Notes under the pieces: generated by a model | Databases searched by the model: none | Told to the model about the DNA's origin: nothing | The model's input: the letters and a program-made list of their open reading frames with translations, nothing else | In this document: piece by piece, positions 1-12,294 of the stretch | How the letters are laid out: every line of letters starts with the position of its first letter | Position numbering within the stretch: position 1 is the stretch's first letter | Origin: Squalus acanthias | Taxonomy: Eukaryota | Length of the DNA: 64,000 nt | Direction of reading: 5' to 3' | Assembly (NCBI GenBank): GCA_030390025.1 | Contig: CM059431.1 | Span: 122,700,001 to 122,764,000, forward strand | Translations under genes and position numbers: made by a program

Positions 1-452
1 GCAAGCATCCAACAGCACTCCCTGCACACTTTAATAACTTTTCAAATGGCTTACACCAAGCCACTACTCAAATAAACTGGACAGGAACCAGTACAAAAGC
101 AAAAAGCAACTTACCTCAAAGTTGCATGTGTCACTTTAAATAGTGCTGGTGGGGTGTTCCGTCACGCATCTCAACACCCGTTCAGCTGTGAGTGTTTAGG
201 AGAGGGCATACAGTGGGGTGGTGACGTCCAAAATGGCAGGTTGTGTGGCAAATCAGTGTTACACACTGATTGATGTTACAATCTGCCTTTTTTGAATTCG
301 TCCATTGCACACAGGCAACGCTTGTGTTGTTGCCCTTCCCAAGATGACGACCAGTGCGGTCCGTGCCGGAAGTCGGTGGAACCGTGGCGAGCGCCATTTT
401 ATTCTTCAAACTGGCCATAACAGCCGGCGCTAAGCACGGGAATTTTGCGGCC
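1..452. mobile_element. Harbinger terminal fragment
   Basis: Shares TTTAAATAG.GCTGGTGGGG with 26730 and 52990; ends AATTTTGCGGCC. Confidence 0.65.
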
Positions 453-1109
453 ATGTGTCCATTTTTTTGTGCATTTTGGCTACTGATCTGGTCCCAAGCT
501 CATTACTTCTATCTTCTTTTTGTTTCTCTTGATCCCTCTCAGCTGCTTCTCTCCTGTCTCCTCCCCTTCCTGTCACCCAGTCATGATTCCTTTCAATTAT
601 TCCCTCCCAGGTACTTTGCCCCTCCAATCTCTACTCCAACTCATCATGACTTTGCTGCCTTCCAACTCTGTGGTCACCGACCCAGGTTTGAATCCCTCCT
701 GCATAAGCCTGCAGCTACACTCTGTATCTCTCTCGGCTTTCTATTGAGGGGCCACCGAGGCACTCGTCATTGTCTCTTTACAAACAGTAATCCCAACTGC
801 CCCATTAACCTCTCTCACAGACAATGTTCCCTCTCATTTTTTTGTTGGGTTCACGGCCCCTTTATCAGGCTGAGCGGCCTATTCAAATTTGCGCACATGT
901 GCGGTTTTTCCATTTAAAAGGCGATGAACTGGCGTGCACGGTACCTCCAGACTTCCGTGCCGCAGCTTAATGGGAACATTGCTTGCAGAGCTTCCCACGC
1001 AACCTCCTCTCACTCATTCCACCCACAACTGCTTTCTCAGACTCTGCCAGCAGATCAGCAATCTCCACCCACCTTCGCATTTCTCTCTAGAATGTCCATT
1101 CAGTCACGA

Positions 1110-1435
1110 ACAAGGCCCTTGCCATCTTCCTATCGATGACTTTATTGTGGACAATTGCATAATCATAGTTTTGATTGAATCTTGGCTCACAGGTGGCCTC
1201 ATTGAAGCCTCCCCACCGGGCTATAGTTGTGACCACCTGCCCTGCCCATACTGGCCTAGTAACGGTGTGATGCTTTTCACCAAATCACATCATCAGGCAA
1301 ATAATATCCTCTGTGATTGCATTTTTCCTCCTCATCCTCCTCAACCTCTCTGTAGAATTAGACACGGTCGCCATCCCATCCTCCTCCAACGCCTCTCCTC
1401 CACTGGCCTGCTCATTGGGACTTCCCTCGCTTGGT
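1110..1435 (+). mobile_element. L2 fragment, internally deleted
   Basis: Similar to 22990-23180 and 24590-24710. Confidence 0.7.
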
Positions 1436-1480
1436 AGGGAGAACCCGAGAAGACGATGCTTAATGGTTGCCTCATTTCAT

Positions 1481-1770
1481 TAGAATCATTGAATCATAGA
1501 ATCATAGAATGGTTACAGCATAGAAGAAGGCCATTCAACTCGTCGAACCCGTGCCGGCTCTTTGCAAGAGCACCTCAGACAGTCCCAATCCCCTGCCCTT
1601 TTCCCGTAGCCCTGCAAAAGTTTTTCTTTCAGATACTTATCCAACTCCATTTGAAAGCTGTGATTGAGTCTGCCTCCACCATCCTTTCAGGCAGTGCATA
1701 CCAGATCCTAACCACTCGCTGAGTAAAAGTTTTTTCTTATGCCGCCTTTGGTTCTTTTGCCAATCATTGT
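1481..1770 (-). mobile_element. CR1 3' fragment
   Basis: (ATAGAATC)n tail and reverse CR1 3' end. Confidence 0.8.
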
Positions 1771-2092
1771 TGGTAAAGATTCTGCTGTTGCCATTTACAC
1801 CTCCTCCAGACCCATCTTTTGTTTCTTTACTAGTCCCATTACCACCCCCTTTGCCTTGCACCATCATCCCTTTTGTCATTTAATCTCTCTTGCCTTCCAC
1901 TCTATCACAGACCTTCCCTTTTGTGCTTTCCTCCCCACCCCCTTTCCCTGCATGTGTACTTGCTTAAAACCGATTACATCTCTAATGTTTTCCAGTTCTG
2001 ATGAAAGGTCATCGACCTGAAACATTACCTTTGTTTCTCTCGCCACAGATGCTGCCTGACCTGCTCAGTATTTCCAGCAATGTTCTGTTTTT
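1771..2092 (+). mobile_element. Penelope-like element terminal (pLTR) fragment
   Basis: CTGATGAAAGGTC...GACCTGAAAC hammerhead-like core, then the GATGCTGCCTGACCTGCT tail seen many times in the window. Confidence 0.75.
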
Positions 2093-2149
2093 AAAGACAA
2101 TATTATGTTTGGTGCGCATGATATGCTGAAATTATGGCACTGCTATTAC

Positions 2150-2720
2150 TTTCTTGAAGAAAGATACATTTCTGCTCACTTGATGGAAACCTATTTGAGT
2201 AGCTAAAATTATCTGCAAATCACGGAGGAGATGACTGGTTTGTGTGAGGAAAGGTATTTGCTTTCCTCCCTGTTAGTTCTCACTCGGATTTGGTGATGCA
2301 GTTGATTTCACCAAGCTGGGCATGACACTTTCGATCATGATATCATCCTCAGTGACAGATAGTTCATGTCAACCTACCTGTAGTTGGCCTTCAATTTGTG
2401 CAATTGATTTGCGCGAGCATGCTACTTGCAGGGTACGATCCTGCTGTCTGGTTCGCTTGACATCAGCTCGAGTGATTGCCTGGGCTACACAATGTTGAAT
2501 TACAAAGTGAATGAATTCCTCAGCTCTCTCCGAATCATATGTTGTGACAGCAACTGGTGATTTAGTCAGTAGGATTATCAGAGTGAGGGAGATAGTCAAC
2601 AATCATGTTGTAAGACTGGACTTTCTCAACCAGAATTGAAAAAGGTTTTGGCAGTGACTTGGGGAATAAGGGAATCAAAGGCTTGTGTTCTGTAAATTGT
2701 CATGCACCAATGTAGAGATA
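2150..2720 (-). pseudogene. Ancient Ty3/Gypsy pol relic (RNase H end, linker, integrase C-terminus)
   Basis: TEHKPL...YNMIVDY..DNPTD*; AEEFIHFV..AIT..VK..D.TLQ; HELSVTED; SRNVSFFKK. Confidence 0.7.
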
Positions 2721-3832
2721 AAATCAGTGTCCAGCTAATATAATGTTGGGTCTAGTAGTACCAAGACCATCTTTTTATATACGGATTCCTTCTAATCTTA
2801 ATAGTCATAGATCTCCATGTGTTTTGTTATTTGTTCTCTGTAAATGGCAAGACCACATTTATTGCCCATTCCTAGTTACCCTAAGAAGTACACTTAACTG
2901 ATTGCCAGCTGGCATTTTCCAGAGGCCGGCAGCCGCTTCCCGCCACTTTCTGCCTGTTCCAGGTGGGAAGTGGACCAGCGGCATATTAAAGAGGCCCTGG
3001 GGGTTCAAACCATCATGGCCTGATACTGCCGCTGGCCAATGGGAAACTAACTGAACTGAGCGGTTGCCCTCCAGAAACCCGCTGGCAGTTAAAATCCCAC
3101 CTATGTCTGCGACCAATGGCAAGAGAAATCAACTGGTAACATTGAAGACAATTAAAGTCCCACAAAACAAGGTTTTGGACAAAGTTGTTCCATTGGATTT
3201 GCCCTCACATTCACCAAATCTTCAGCTTTTGTTAAGTTTCATTTCACAGTTGTTAATCCTATCATGCCAATTGCTGTCTGAAAACATCAAATACATGTCA
3301 TAGCTGGTAACGTATTGCAATGCACATAAAGATGCTCAGGTCCCACTTTTATTTTGAACCCATAGCCTTTTGCAAATAAAGAGCTGGGAATTATGTGCTT
3401 AACATAGTCATCAAATGCTCTCCGCTACTTTAACAGAATTTTAACAGAATTTAAATGGGTTAATGCCTTCTTAAAACAAAAGAGAGGAATTTGATATGAG
3501 TGTGATAACATCAACAAGAGTGATTTCCTGGGTATAGATCAATGTATGATGTAGTAGCCTTGGAAAATAAGTGAAATAGTCTCTTTTTGGCAGTCAGAGG
3601 GAAAAAATCTGTCTGCTTTGTGCCAATGACACTGTAAACATAGTAAGAACATTTCTGTTGAACATTATTACTGGCAAAATTGTACACGCATCTAAAAGAA
3701 AGTGGTTGCAAATTAGCTACAGATCATGAATACAGAGGAAAGCTCTCTACCGAACTTATGCCAATTCTGGCGTGACATCTGTGCACCAAATTATATGCGC
3801 TGGAGAATAGCGACATAAGCAAATTCATTACC

Positions 3833-4110
3833 TTGATTACATTTCCTCTCACCTCGCTTCCTGTAAGGACTCTATTCCATTCTCCCAGTTTCTCCGTCGC
3901 ATCTGTTCTGACAAAGCCACCTTCCATACCATTGCTTCAGATATATCTTCCTTTATCCTCAACCGAGGATTCCCCTCCACCGTAGTTGACAGGGCCTTCG
4001 ACCATGTCCGTTTCATTTCCCGCACTTCTGCTCTCACCCCTTCCCCTCCCTCCCAGAACCACGATAGGGCTTCCCTTGTCCTCACTTTCCAGCCCACCAG
4101 CCTCCCAGCT
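3833..4110 (+). mobile_element. Penelope-like ORF fragment
   Basis: CKDSIPFSQFLRRICS...RGFPSTVVDRA, typical of the PLE RT thumb/linker. Confidence 0.75.
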
Positions 4111-5510
4111 GCTACTAGCAACAAAACTGCAAGTAGTAGATGATCCCTTTAAATAACACTGGTGGGGGTCCTTCATGCCATTGAATGTGTGTTCAGCCAT
4201 GTGAGGTTAAGAGATGGAGTAGACTGGATCTCCAAAATGGCAGCACTGGCAGCAAAACAGCATTACACGTTGATTAACATCACGATCTGCCTACTCTGCA
4301 TGCTGCTGGCAGCCATTCGATACATGCGAGCAAACCCCTTTACAAATATGGTATCCGGCACACTTCCTGTTGGAAGTGTGTGTGCGCATCATGGACGCCA
4401 TTTTGGTAGTTTAATAGTCTTCATAGCACCCAAAAAAGGGCGCTACAGAGTCCAATTTTGCAGCTGTTAAATCTGTTTCTTCTCCACAGATGCTGCCTGA
4501 CCTGCTGAGTGTTTCCAGCATTTTCTGTTGATATTTCAGATTTCCAGCATCCACAGTATTTTGCCTTTGTAATCAAATTAATCTATTTGCTAACAGGTTT
4601 AATTGGATGATTGGAAATTATTGCCCATAGATTCCTCTTTCAAATGAACCCATGTATGTCACCCTGCACTAATATTTATTGCTCTATAGTTGATAATTCC
4701 TCAGTATAATCAATGCACATTTTATCCCTAAAATGTATAAATATAGGTTTAGATTAGTCAATTTATCTTTGATTATGATCCTCCGAAGTGCCTTGGAACA
4801 TTTGACTATGTTAAAGGCACTATATAAATGCACATTGTTGTTTTTGTTGGATTACAAATCAGGCAATAGTTGCTGCAGCTTCTCGATTCTTGCACATAAG
4901 GCTCTGAAATTGTGAAAAACAAGACCAGAAAAGTAAATGAGGTAATGATGGATCTATCATGGCCTTATTGAAGTCTTGGGCCTTGTGCATACAGTTATAA
5001 ATCATAATTTGATGATTGCAGATGATTCAAATTCAGTCGAATGCTCAGTAGACTCCATTACACTGTAGGCCCCATTTAATTGTCTGAGCACGAGGAGGTA
5101 AAAGTGGACAAAAAAGAAGTGAGGTGGAGATGATTGGTACAGTGCAATGTCAGCCAAAATCCAAGTGGCACAACTTAGATGATAAAAGAGAAAGCTTGGA
5201 GGAAGGCACGCCACTTTTAGGATTGTTCACAAGGCAACCTCACAAAATAACTTTGTTTTCCTTCACTGTACCTGGAAAAAAGGACACAAGGATGCAGAGC
5301 TGTTCCCTCAACCTCAGCCCTACTAACATCTTGAGATAATGGGAACCCAGGGGTTTCCCAAAGGCTCGGGGCACTAAAACTGTTTCTGATATTGTAGAAA
5401 CTGGTTTCTATATGCTGTACAATGACATTCCATCATTTCATCACAGTAAACAAGTTGGCTAGGCATAGTTAACAGAGCAGATTGTCTCTGTCATCAATGT
5501 GCTGACTCCA

Positions 5511-7244
5511 TGGCCGCAAATTTAATTGTGGATGCGCGATGGGTGCGGGTCAGCTGGTTTCCGGGTTCTAGTCCCGCCCCCAGCTGCCTCGGCTCTGCAG
5601 ACGTGATTTACCCTTGATTGGCCTTGGTAAGCCGACCCCTGCGGGCTTACCGGCCAATTAACAGGAAGCGGGTCTGATGACGTCATTTGATGACGCATCA
5701 TCTGCCGGTTTCCTTAAAGGGACCATGCATAATTTTATTTTGACAGTTGATCTGTCAGTGTTTGACAGTTGTTCTGTCAGTGTTTGACAGCATTGAGGTG
5801 CTGCAAACACTGACAATCACTGCACAAACGTGAACTCTTGCACCCAGGCTCTCCAATGACTCCCTCCATACGCTTATGGAGGGAGTCACAGCATGCAGGG
5901 AGGTTCTCTTCCCTTCCAAGGGTGGAAGAGACCTCCCCAGGAAACCAACTTACTTTGAACCTCCACCCAACCCTCTCTATCTACTTTATCACTTCCCCAT
6001 CTCACTAGCCACAGCTCACACTCACCCTCATCCAACTGCAAGCATACCAACTAACAACACACAAGGGTAGGCACTTGAGAGGTTTAGCCAATGTCCATGT
6101 GAAGTTTCTGGTAATGTGTTGTCATACAGCATAATATCTTTTTCCAAAACTGCCCCTTAATGGACAGAGCTGAGCGCACATTGAGAAGTGTCTTACTGAG
6201 TTCCAGTGATTGTTCAGTCATAACTCCAACCCCCCCCCCGCAACCCCCGCCCTGCTATAGTAATGCACCTGAGGAAGGAGCGATAGCTCCGAAAGCTTGT
6301 GATTTCAAATAAAACTGTTGGACTATAACCTGGTGTTGTGCGACCTCTCAATTTTGTCCACCCCAGTCCAACACCGGCATCTCCGCATCATAGTAATGTG
6401 TGTGCATGGAATGGCTTGGACATTAAAGGGATGCTTTACGGTGCTGGTGTGGGATGGTGTCAACCTGGTGCATCATGTGGCAGCCAGGGTTTACCGCATT
6501 AAGTGAAGAAAATCTGGCCATGGTGATGCCATCGCTGGCCTCCTGGCCAGCAATTTTGTCAGGGACTGATGCCCTGTGTCCAGTGCAGCATCAGGTGGGT
6601 GAGGAGGAGGTTGGCACTCCTGGTGCTGGTGCTACTGTTGTGGCGCTGCCGCAGCTGCTCTTCCTCCCAATCTGACGACAGGATGAGAGGATGTAAATGG
6701 TTCCCATGCCGTTGTAACAGATTTCAGTTGAGGCAAGAAGCTTGCAAGTGCACACTTAAAGTGGCCTGAAATTATTCCAATCAGATAACACTGCAGATGG
6801 GTGTCACCTTGAACAGTCACAAGGTCAGTAGATTTGCAAAATCTTATCCCAAACCTCCAATAACAAAGCTGCTGCATTTGAATGTCAGCCATGTTACAGA
6901 GCGCTTTTAAAGTGCTGCACCAATGACTACAAATCATGTCCTTGAGAAACTCGTCTCCTTGAAGGTGGCGTGTCTCTGACAAGACGGGAAACAGGAGCCA
7001 GAAGCACGAAAATGGGAAACCTCTATAAAATTAGGATTAGCAAGGCTGGTAACAGGCTCTTAACTGCCTTAACTACCTGTCCCATTGGTTCCCATCGGGT
7101 CAGTTTGGGAGCGGCTGACCCGACACTCACGTAAATCGCGTAGGGGTGGGATGGAGGCGGGTTGGGTGTCTGAAGCCATTTTTTCCGATTTTCGCTGCTG
7201 ACCCGCCTCCAAACTCGCCTCCTCAGGGCTATTAAAATCGAACC
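5511..7244. mobile_element. Non-autonomous Harbinger, same family as 53995-55774
   Basis: Collinear similarity (GGAAGCGGGTCTGATGAC...TGATGACGC, degraded Myb exon); starts GGCCGCAAATTT. Confidence 0.75.
6266..6390 (+). mobile_element. Short Penelope-type terminal insertion with a minimal hammerhead motif
   Basis: CTGAGGA-A-GGAGC GATA GCTCC-GAAAGCTT; flanked by duplicated TAGTAATG. Confidence 0.7.
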
Positions 7245-7467
7245 ACCTGAGTCACCCACCTGTCACCCTCCTGGCCAGCACATTATGGTTGTTGTGGGAT
7301 CTTTGACTATCGGTGAGGTTGATGTGCTGCTCCTTTCAGAGGCTGAGTCTGACTAATCCTTCTAGTAATGACTCCCCCCAGTGCTTTGCATTAAGTAGTG
7401 ATTAGACATTTTCTTTGAACTAATATAATCACTTGCAAAAATGGCAGCAGATCTTTAAAACGTTTTT

Positions 7468-7740
7468 TTAATCTATTGAGGTGGAATTTCCCTGGGTTGT
7501 TCCGATCCCGAGTTGTTTAAGATGATTAAAGGATTTGATGGGGTAGCTGGAGAGAAACTCTTTCCTTTGGTGGGGGGATTCCAGAACAAGGGGGGCATAA
7601 CCTTAAAATTAGAGTTACACCGTTCAGTGGTGATGTCAGGTAGCACTTCTTCACACAAAGGGTAGCGCAAATCTGGAACTCTCTCCCCCAAAAAGCTGTG
7701 AGGCTCGGTCAATTGAAAATGTCAAAACTGAGATTGATAG
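7468..7740 (+). mobile_element. CR1 3' fragment
   Basis: FKMIKGFD...FFTQRV..WNSLP. Confidence 0.75.
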
Positions 7741-8513
7741 GCCTAGAAATTGGAGGTGTTAGCGCTGGCCGTTAAGGCCTGTTTTAGAAAAAAATGGCGG
7801 CCACCTCACTTCCGCCCACTGCCGGTGGATCCTGCGGCAGCCGCCATTTTCGACAGGTCGGCAGCACTGCTGTTGCCTGCGCTTGCGGAAAGTATTTTAA
7901 TTAATTGAAGCGTGTCGAATTGAGGCACGCTCACCATTTGGAGCTCACCACTCCTCTTACCGCACTCGCTAAAGCACGCCTGTGCGTGCTGCCATTGACA
8001 GTGAGGAGGGGCAGGAGACAGCAGCAGTGAGCTAGAACCCATACTGTACACAGCTGCTGGATAACTGTTAACTATGGAGAGCTGTTGGAGTGAAAGCTGC
8101 TTCCACTGAGATGCATCAAATCTCCCCCCCCCCGGTCAGTCAAACCGTATAGGAGATACTTTTGAAATAAGTTGTACTGTACTACAGTTGTAATAATCTC
8201 AGGAAAAAATCAAAGCTGCATGTCCTTAAATTTGATACATTGGGGTTTTCTAGTTTAGGAACTGATAAAATGACATGCAAAGTTTGGAAATCTTTTAAAA
8301 GGCTTGACAGCATATTCTCACCAAGTGTTCTTCAAAGGTCTGCTGTTGTTAAAAATGTAATTGAACTCTCTTCTACACCAGTAAAGTCCTGACCAAGAGT
8401 TCATGTTCTCCATTTTTTAAATTTATTTCTATTGCTGTCTCTTGCAACAGTTTAAGGACATAGAATCATAGAATCATAGAAATTTACGCACAGAAGGAGG
8501 CCATTCGACCCAT

Positions 8514-9375
8514 GGGGGGAATTTTGCCAGCGCTCAGGGGGCGGGTTTGGAGGCGGGACATCCTTAAATTGCAAAGATTGACAGCGGGTTGAAAACTCGC
8601 TGTCAACCCACCTCCAGACAATCTTCCCAGGTGTCGGGTCCCTGATTTGCGCAGGGACCCGACACCTAGTGGCGGGAAGAGGATTAGAGGCACTTAATTG
8701 CTTGTTAAAAGGTTGTTAACAGGCAGTTAAGAGGCTTTTTGCAATTTTGACAGGTCTACTGCGGGCTTCCCGATGTCCGGACACCATGCCAGGTAAGTGT
8801 GGCGTGCTGTGTGTCTACTGTAATGTTGGTGCACTGATGACAGTTGCAGAAGTGGTGTGAAGGATCCAATGGTACACTGGTGAGTTTCAGAGGTAAGGAC
8901 ATGTTGGGAAAATCATTTTTAATATATTTAAACTTTTCTGTAGGTGACAAATTTTGAATTGTTTGTGTAGTCCCACCTCATTGGGAGAACCCCTCTCACC
9001 AGTGACAGATCGCTTCTGTAACCTCACCTGCAACTGCCATCTGTTCTAGCCGAAGGAGGGAATCACTGGAGAGCCTAGGTGCAAGGGCTCACCTTTGTAC
9101 AATGATTGTCAGTGTTTGCAGCACCTCAATGCTGTCAAACACTGAAAAACCATCTGTCAAAAAAAATTGTGCGTGGCCCCTTTAAGAAAACCGGCAGATA
9201 ACGCATCATCAACTGACGTCATCTGACACCGGCTTTCTCTTAATTGGCCAGCAAGCCTGCAGGGCGGGCTTAACAAGGCCAATTGATGCAAAATCGCGTC
9301 TGTGCATCGGACGTCGTTGGGGGCAGGATTAGAGCCTGGAAGGCAGCTGTACCGCCCCCAAGCAGCATCGAGAGG
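8514..9375. mobile_element. Harbinger-derived element, inverted relative to the 5511 family
   Basis: Reverse-complement similarity to 5600-5820; starts GGGGGAATTTTGCC. Confidence 0.6.
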
Positions 9376-9401
9376 AAAAATCATGGGCTCCGTGTCTGTG
9401 C

Positions 9402-9735
9402 CAGCCAAAAAAGAGCTATCCAGACTGATCCCACTTTCCAGCTCTTGGTCCATAACCTTGTAGGTTACGGCACTTCTGGTGCACAACCAAGTACTTTTTA
9501 AATGTGATGAGGGTTTCTGCCTCTACCATCCATTCAGGCAGTGAGTTCCAGACCCCCACCAAACTCTGGGCGAAAAAAGTTCACCTCGACTTCCCTCTAA
9601 TCCTTCTTCCAATTACTTTAAATCTATACCCCCTGGTTATTGACCTCTCTGCTAAGGGAAATAGGTTCCTCCTCTCCACTCTATCTAGGCCCCTCACAAT
9701 TTTATACACCTCAATCAAGTCTCTTCTCAGCCTCT
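9402..9735 (-). mobile_element. CR1 3' fragment
   Basis: RLRRDLIEVYKIVRGLDRV. Confidence 0.8.
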
Positions 9736-10819
9736 GTTCCACAGCCTTTATGTGGCCTTTCCAGGAGTCCCACCAGATCTGAGCCTGTACTTTAAGACCC
9801 ACTCACCAGGGAGTGAATCCCTAATGCAATCTGCAGGCTAATGCACTGTTACTGCTGGCTGCAAGATGGTACAACCCCATCCCCCTCCCCCTCCAGCACC
9901 ATGGTGCAGCACAAATCTCCACACAGGAAACATCTGAGTGAAAGATCTCTGGACCTATGGCAGCCAGTGAAGGTGGGGGTACCAGGCACTCTGGCACCCA
10001 TTTGTGGACCCCACACAAGACCCAGAGAAATGGCCGCGCAAGTAAGAGGGGAACCGTGGACAAACAACTGCCTCCTGACTTGTCAGAACGCACATTGTTG
10101 CAACCCTACAAGGGCCATCAGCAGACTCGATATTAAAACCCAGGAGCCGTCACCAAATGCTCCGACACAGCTCATTGTCCGAGAATGGTGCCCCGAGCCT
10201 TCAGACGCGATCTTCGGCCTCCTGCTGAGGTTAGCTCCGCTGATGTAAATTAGCAGACAGCGTCAAAATACTGGTGCTGCCTGCGCTCTTTCTGCAGGTG
10301 GCCACTAGCCTTGGCCGGCATTGTTACCGGGAGGTTTCTGGCCTACTCGAATTTCTAGGACATAGACTTTCATTAGGCAAGGGTATTAAGGCATATGGAG
10401 TTAAGATACAGATCAGCCATGATCTAATTGAAATGCAGAACAGGCTCGAGGGGCTGAAAGGCTTCCTCCTGTTCCTATGTTCTTTTGATTTCCTGCTATA
10501 ATTTTGATGGAATATTGTTGAAATCCCTGGAGAGACAAACTTTCTGTCAGCTATAAGGTATTTGTTATTTCTATGCTCAGAGAATCTGTTATAAATGCTT
10601 CATCATGGTGAACTGACAGTTCTTGTGAGAATATAGGGGCGGGAGGCTTGAAATCATATCAGGTGAAATGTCGACAATTGGACAGCATGCAAAATCCTTA
10701 GATAATGCCTGGTTAGTTATTATTTCAGAGGAAAGCGGTGTTTGTCTCTGTTTGCTAGGAATTTACATATATTCCTGTAATCTGATAATCCTGTACATAC
10801 AAGATCCTCATTTAATATT

Positions 10820-11072
10820 GGCCCTGAATTTGCGGTCGGAGGGAAATGCCTCTGATCCGCAAATAAAATGCCCGCATACCTGGTGGTCCGGGAGGTACAG
10901 AGACACACAGTCCCGGGCCTCCCCGGATACGCGCGGACAGATGCCCACGTATCCCAGGAGCGCACACGGTTCGCAAGCGCCCCTGGGATCATGTGGGCCG
11001 GCCCAACGAACAAAAGAAGGAAATCCCCATTCATACTTATCCCGTTTGCTGAGCGCCGGCAAAATTCCGGCC
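10820..11072. mobile_element. Short Harbinger-type MITE
   Basis: Ends GGCCCTGAATTT / AAATTCCGGCC; shares CCCCTGGGATCA.GTGGGCC with the 16262 MITE. Confidence 0.7.
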
Positions 11073-12294
11073 ATGGAGTGGACAATATGTATCTTTAATT
11101 AGAAAAGACTATTCCTGCTGTTATTATGTGGTTGATGGATTTGCACAATATGCTGGGGCACAAAACACAATAGACTGAATCGACAAAACATTGACATATC
11201 ATGAATTAAGTGTAAATTTTACAAAGCCCCTTCTTTGGAAATGTAATCTTCCATACAGCATTTTACTAGCAGATATTCATCAGAACTTGCAACTTTGGTG
11301 GGGTTGTAATATCGGGGTGGGCAACATCGGATTGGCTGCCTGTTATACACCCAGCCTGATTTTCCTTTCCAATGCACAGGAAAAATGGGTGAGGTGTATA
11401 ATGGGCGACCGATCCTAAATTGTTCACCTTACAGCCCTAATGAAGTTAAAATTTTCATCAAATATATCACCGTCTACTTACTTATTCATTAAGAAAAATA
11501 ACTCACTGATGTCAAGTGACATAACAACCATGCATATGACACTCTTGTATCGCCATTCAATATTTTCTCCTTTATAATCCACTGCACTTTGCAGTTAATT
11601 TGTTTATTACAGGTACTTTAATGAATAATTCTTCTATTTGCAATGGTAGGGTCTCTTTGACCCTCTCGGGAATAACAGACCTTGCTGGCACAGCTAATAA
11701 ACATAACAAGCTATCCCACATGCTGCTTGGCTAGGAATTGGCTGGAATGACGTAATCGGCAAGTTATGCCGTAAGTCACATTGGTTCGCACACCATTTTC
11801 CTGATGTGAACTTACGCCATAATTTCCGAGGAATCTAATTTGCATATGCTGCAGTGAACTTAATGCCCCAGACCTCAGATTTGGCGTGACCAATGGTGGG
11901 ACCTAGGAACTTGTGGTTGAAACGTTACAAAATACCCAGAAAAGATGTCTCCTGCCATGGTACCACACGCACCTCCTACCTCTGCTCCTACTCCAGAATA
12001 ATAACGATGGTGAATAAGGCAATGCCTAATGTGACAACCATTGCAACTACTTTGCCCTTCTGAACTTGTTGAGAAGTGTAGGGGTCCTCCAAATATTGGC
12101 TTCAGAAAGTCACAGGACCCTGGTCAGGAAGAGACAAGATAAATAATACCTGGAAATAATCAATTCCAAACTGCAGGATTGAAGCTGCAATGCTTGAATA
12201 GTCCTCCCAGGCTGAGAATCGTGTGAAAGCCTTAAATTACAGGGCTAACAGGTGACCTCGGAGCCAACTTCGCCTAGATTTCTCAGTGTAACAG

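Noticed and set aside
2378..2553. Apparent host exon on the minus strand (CAG| ... |GTAGGT, one open frame)
   Set aside because: The peptide and its flanks match the Gypsy RNase H-integrase linker, so the splice-like signals are probably coincidental
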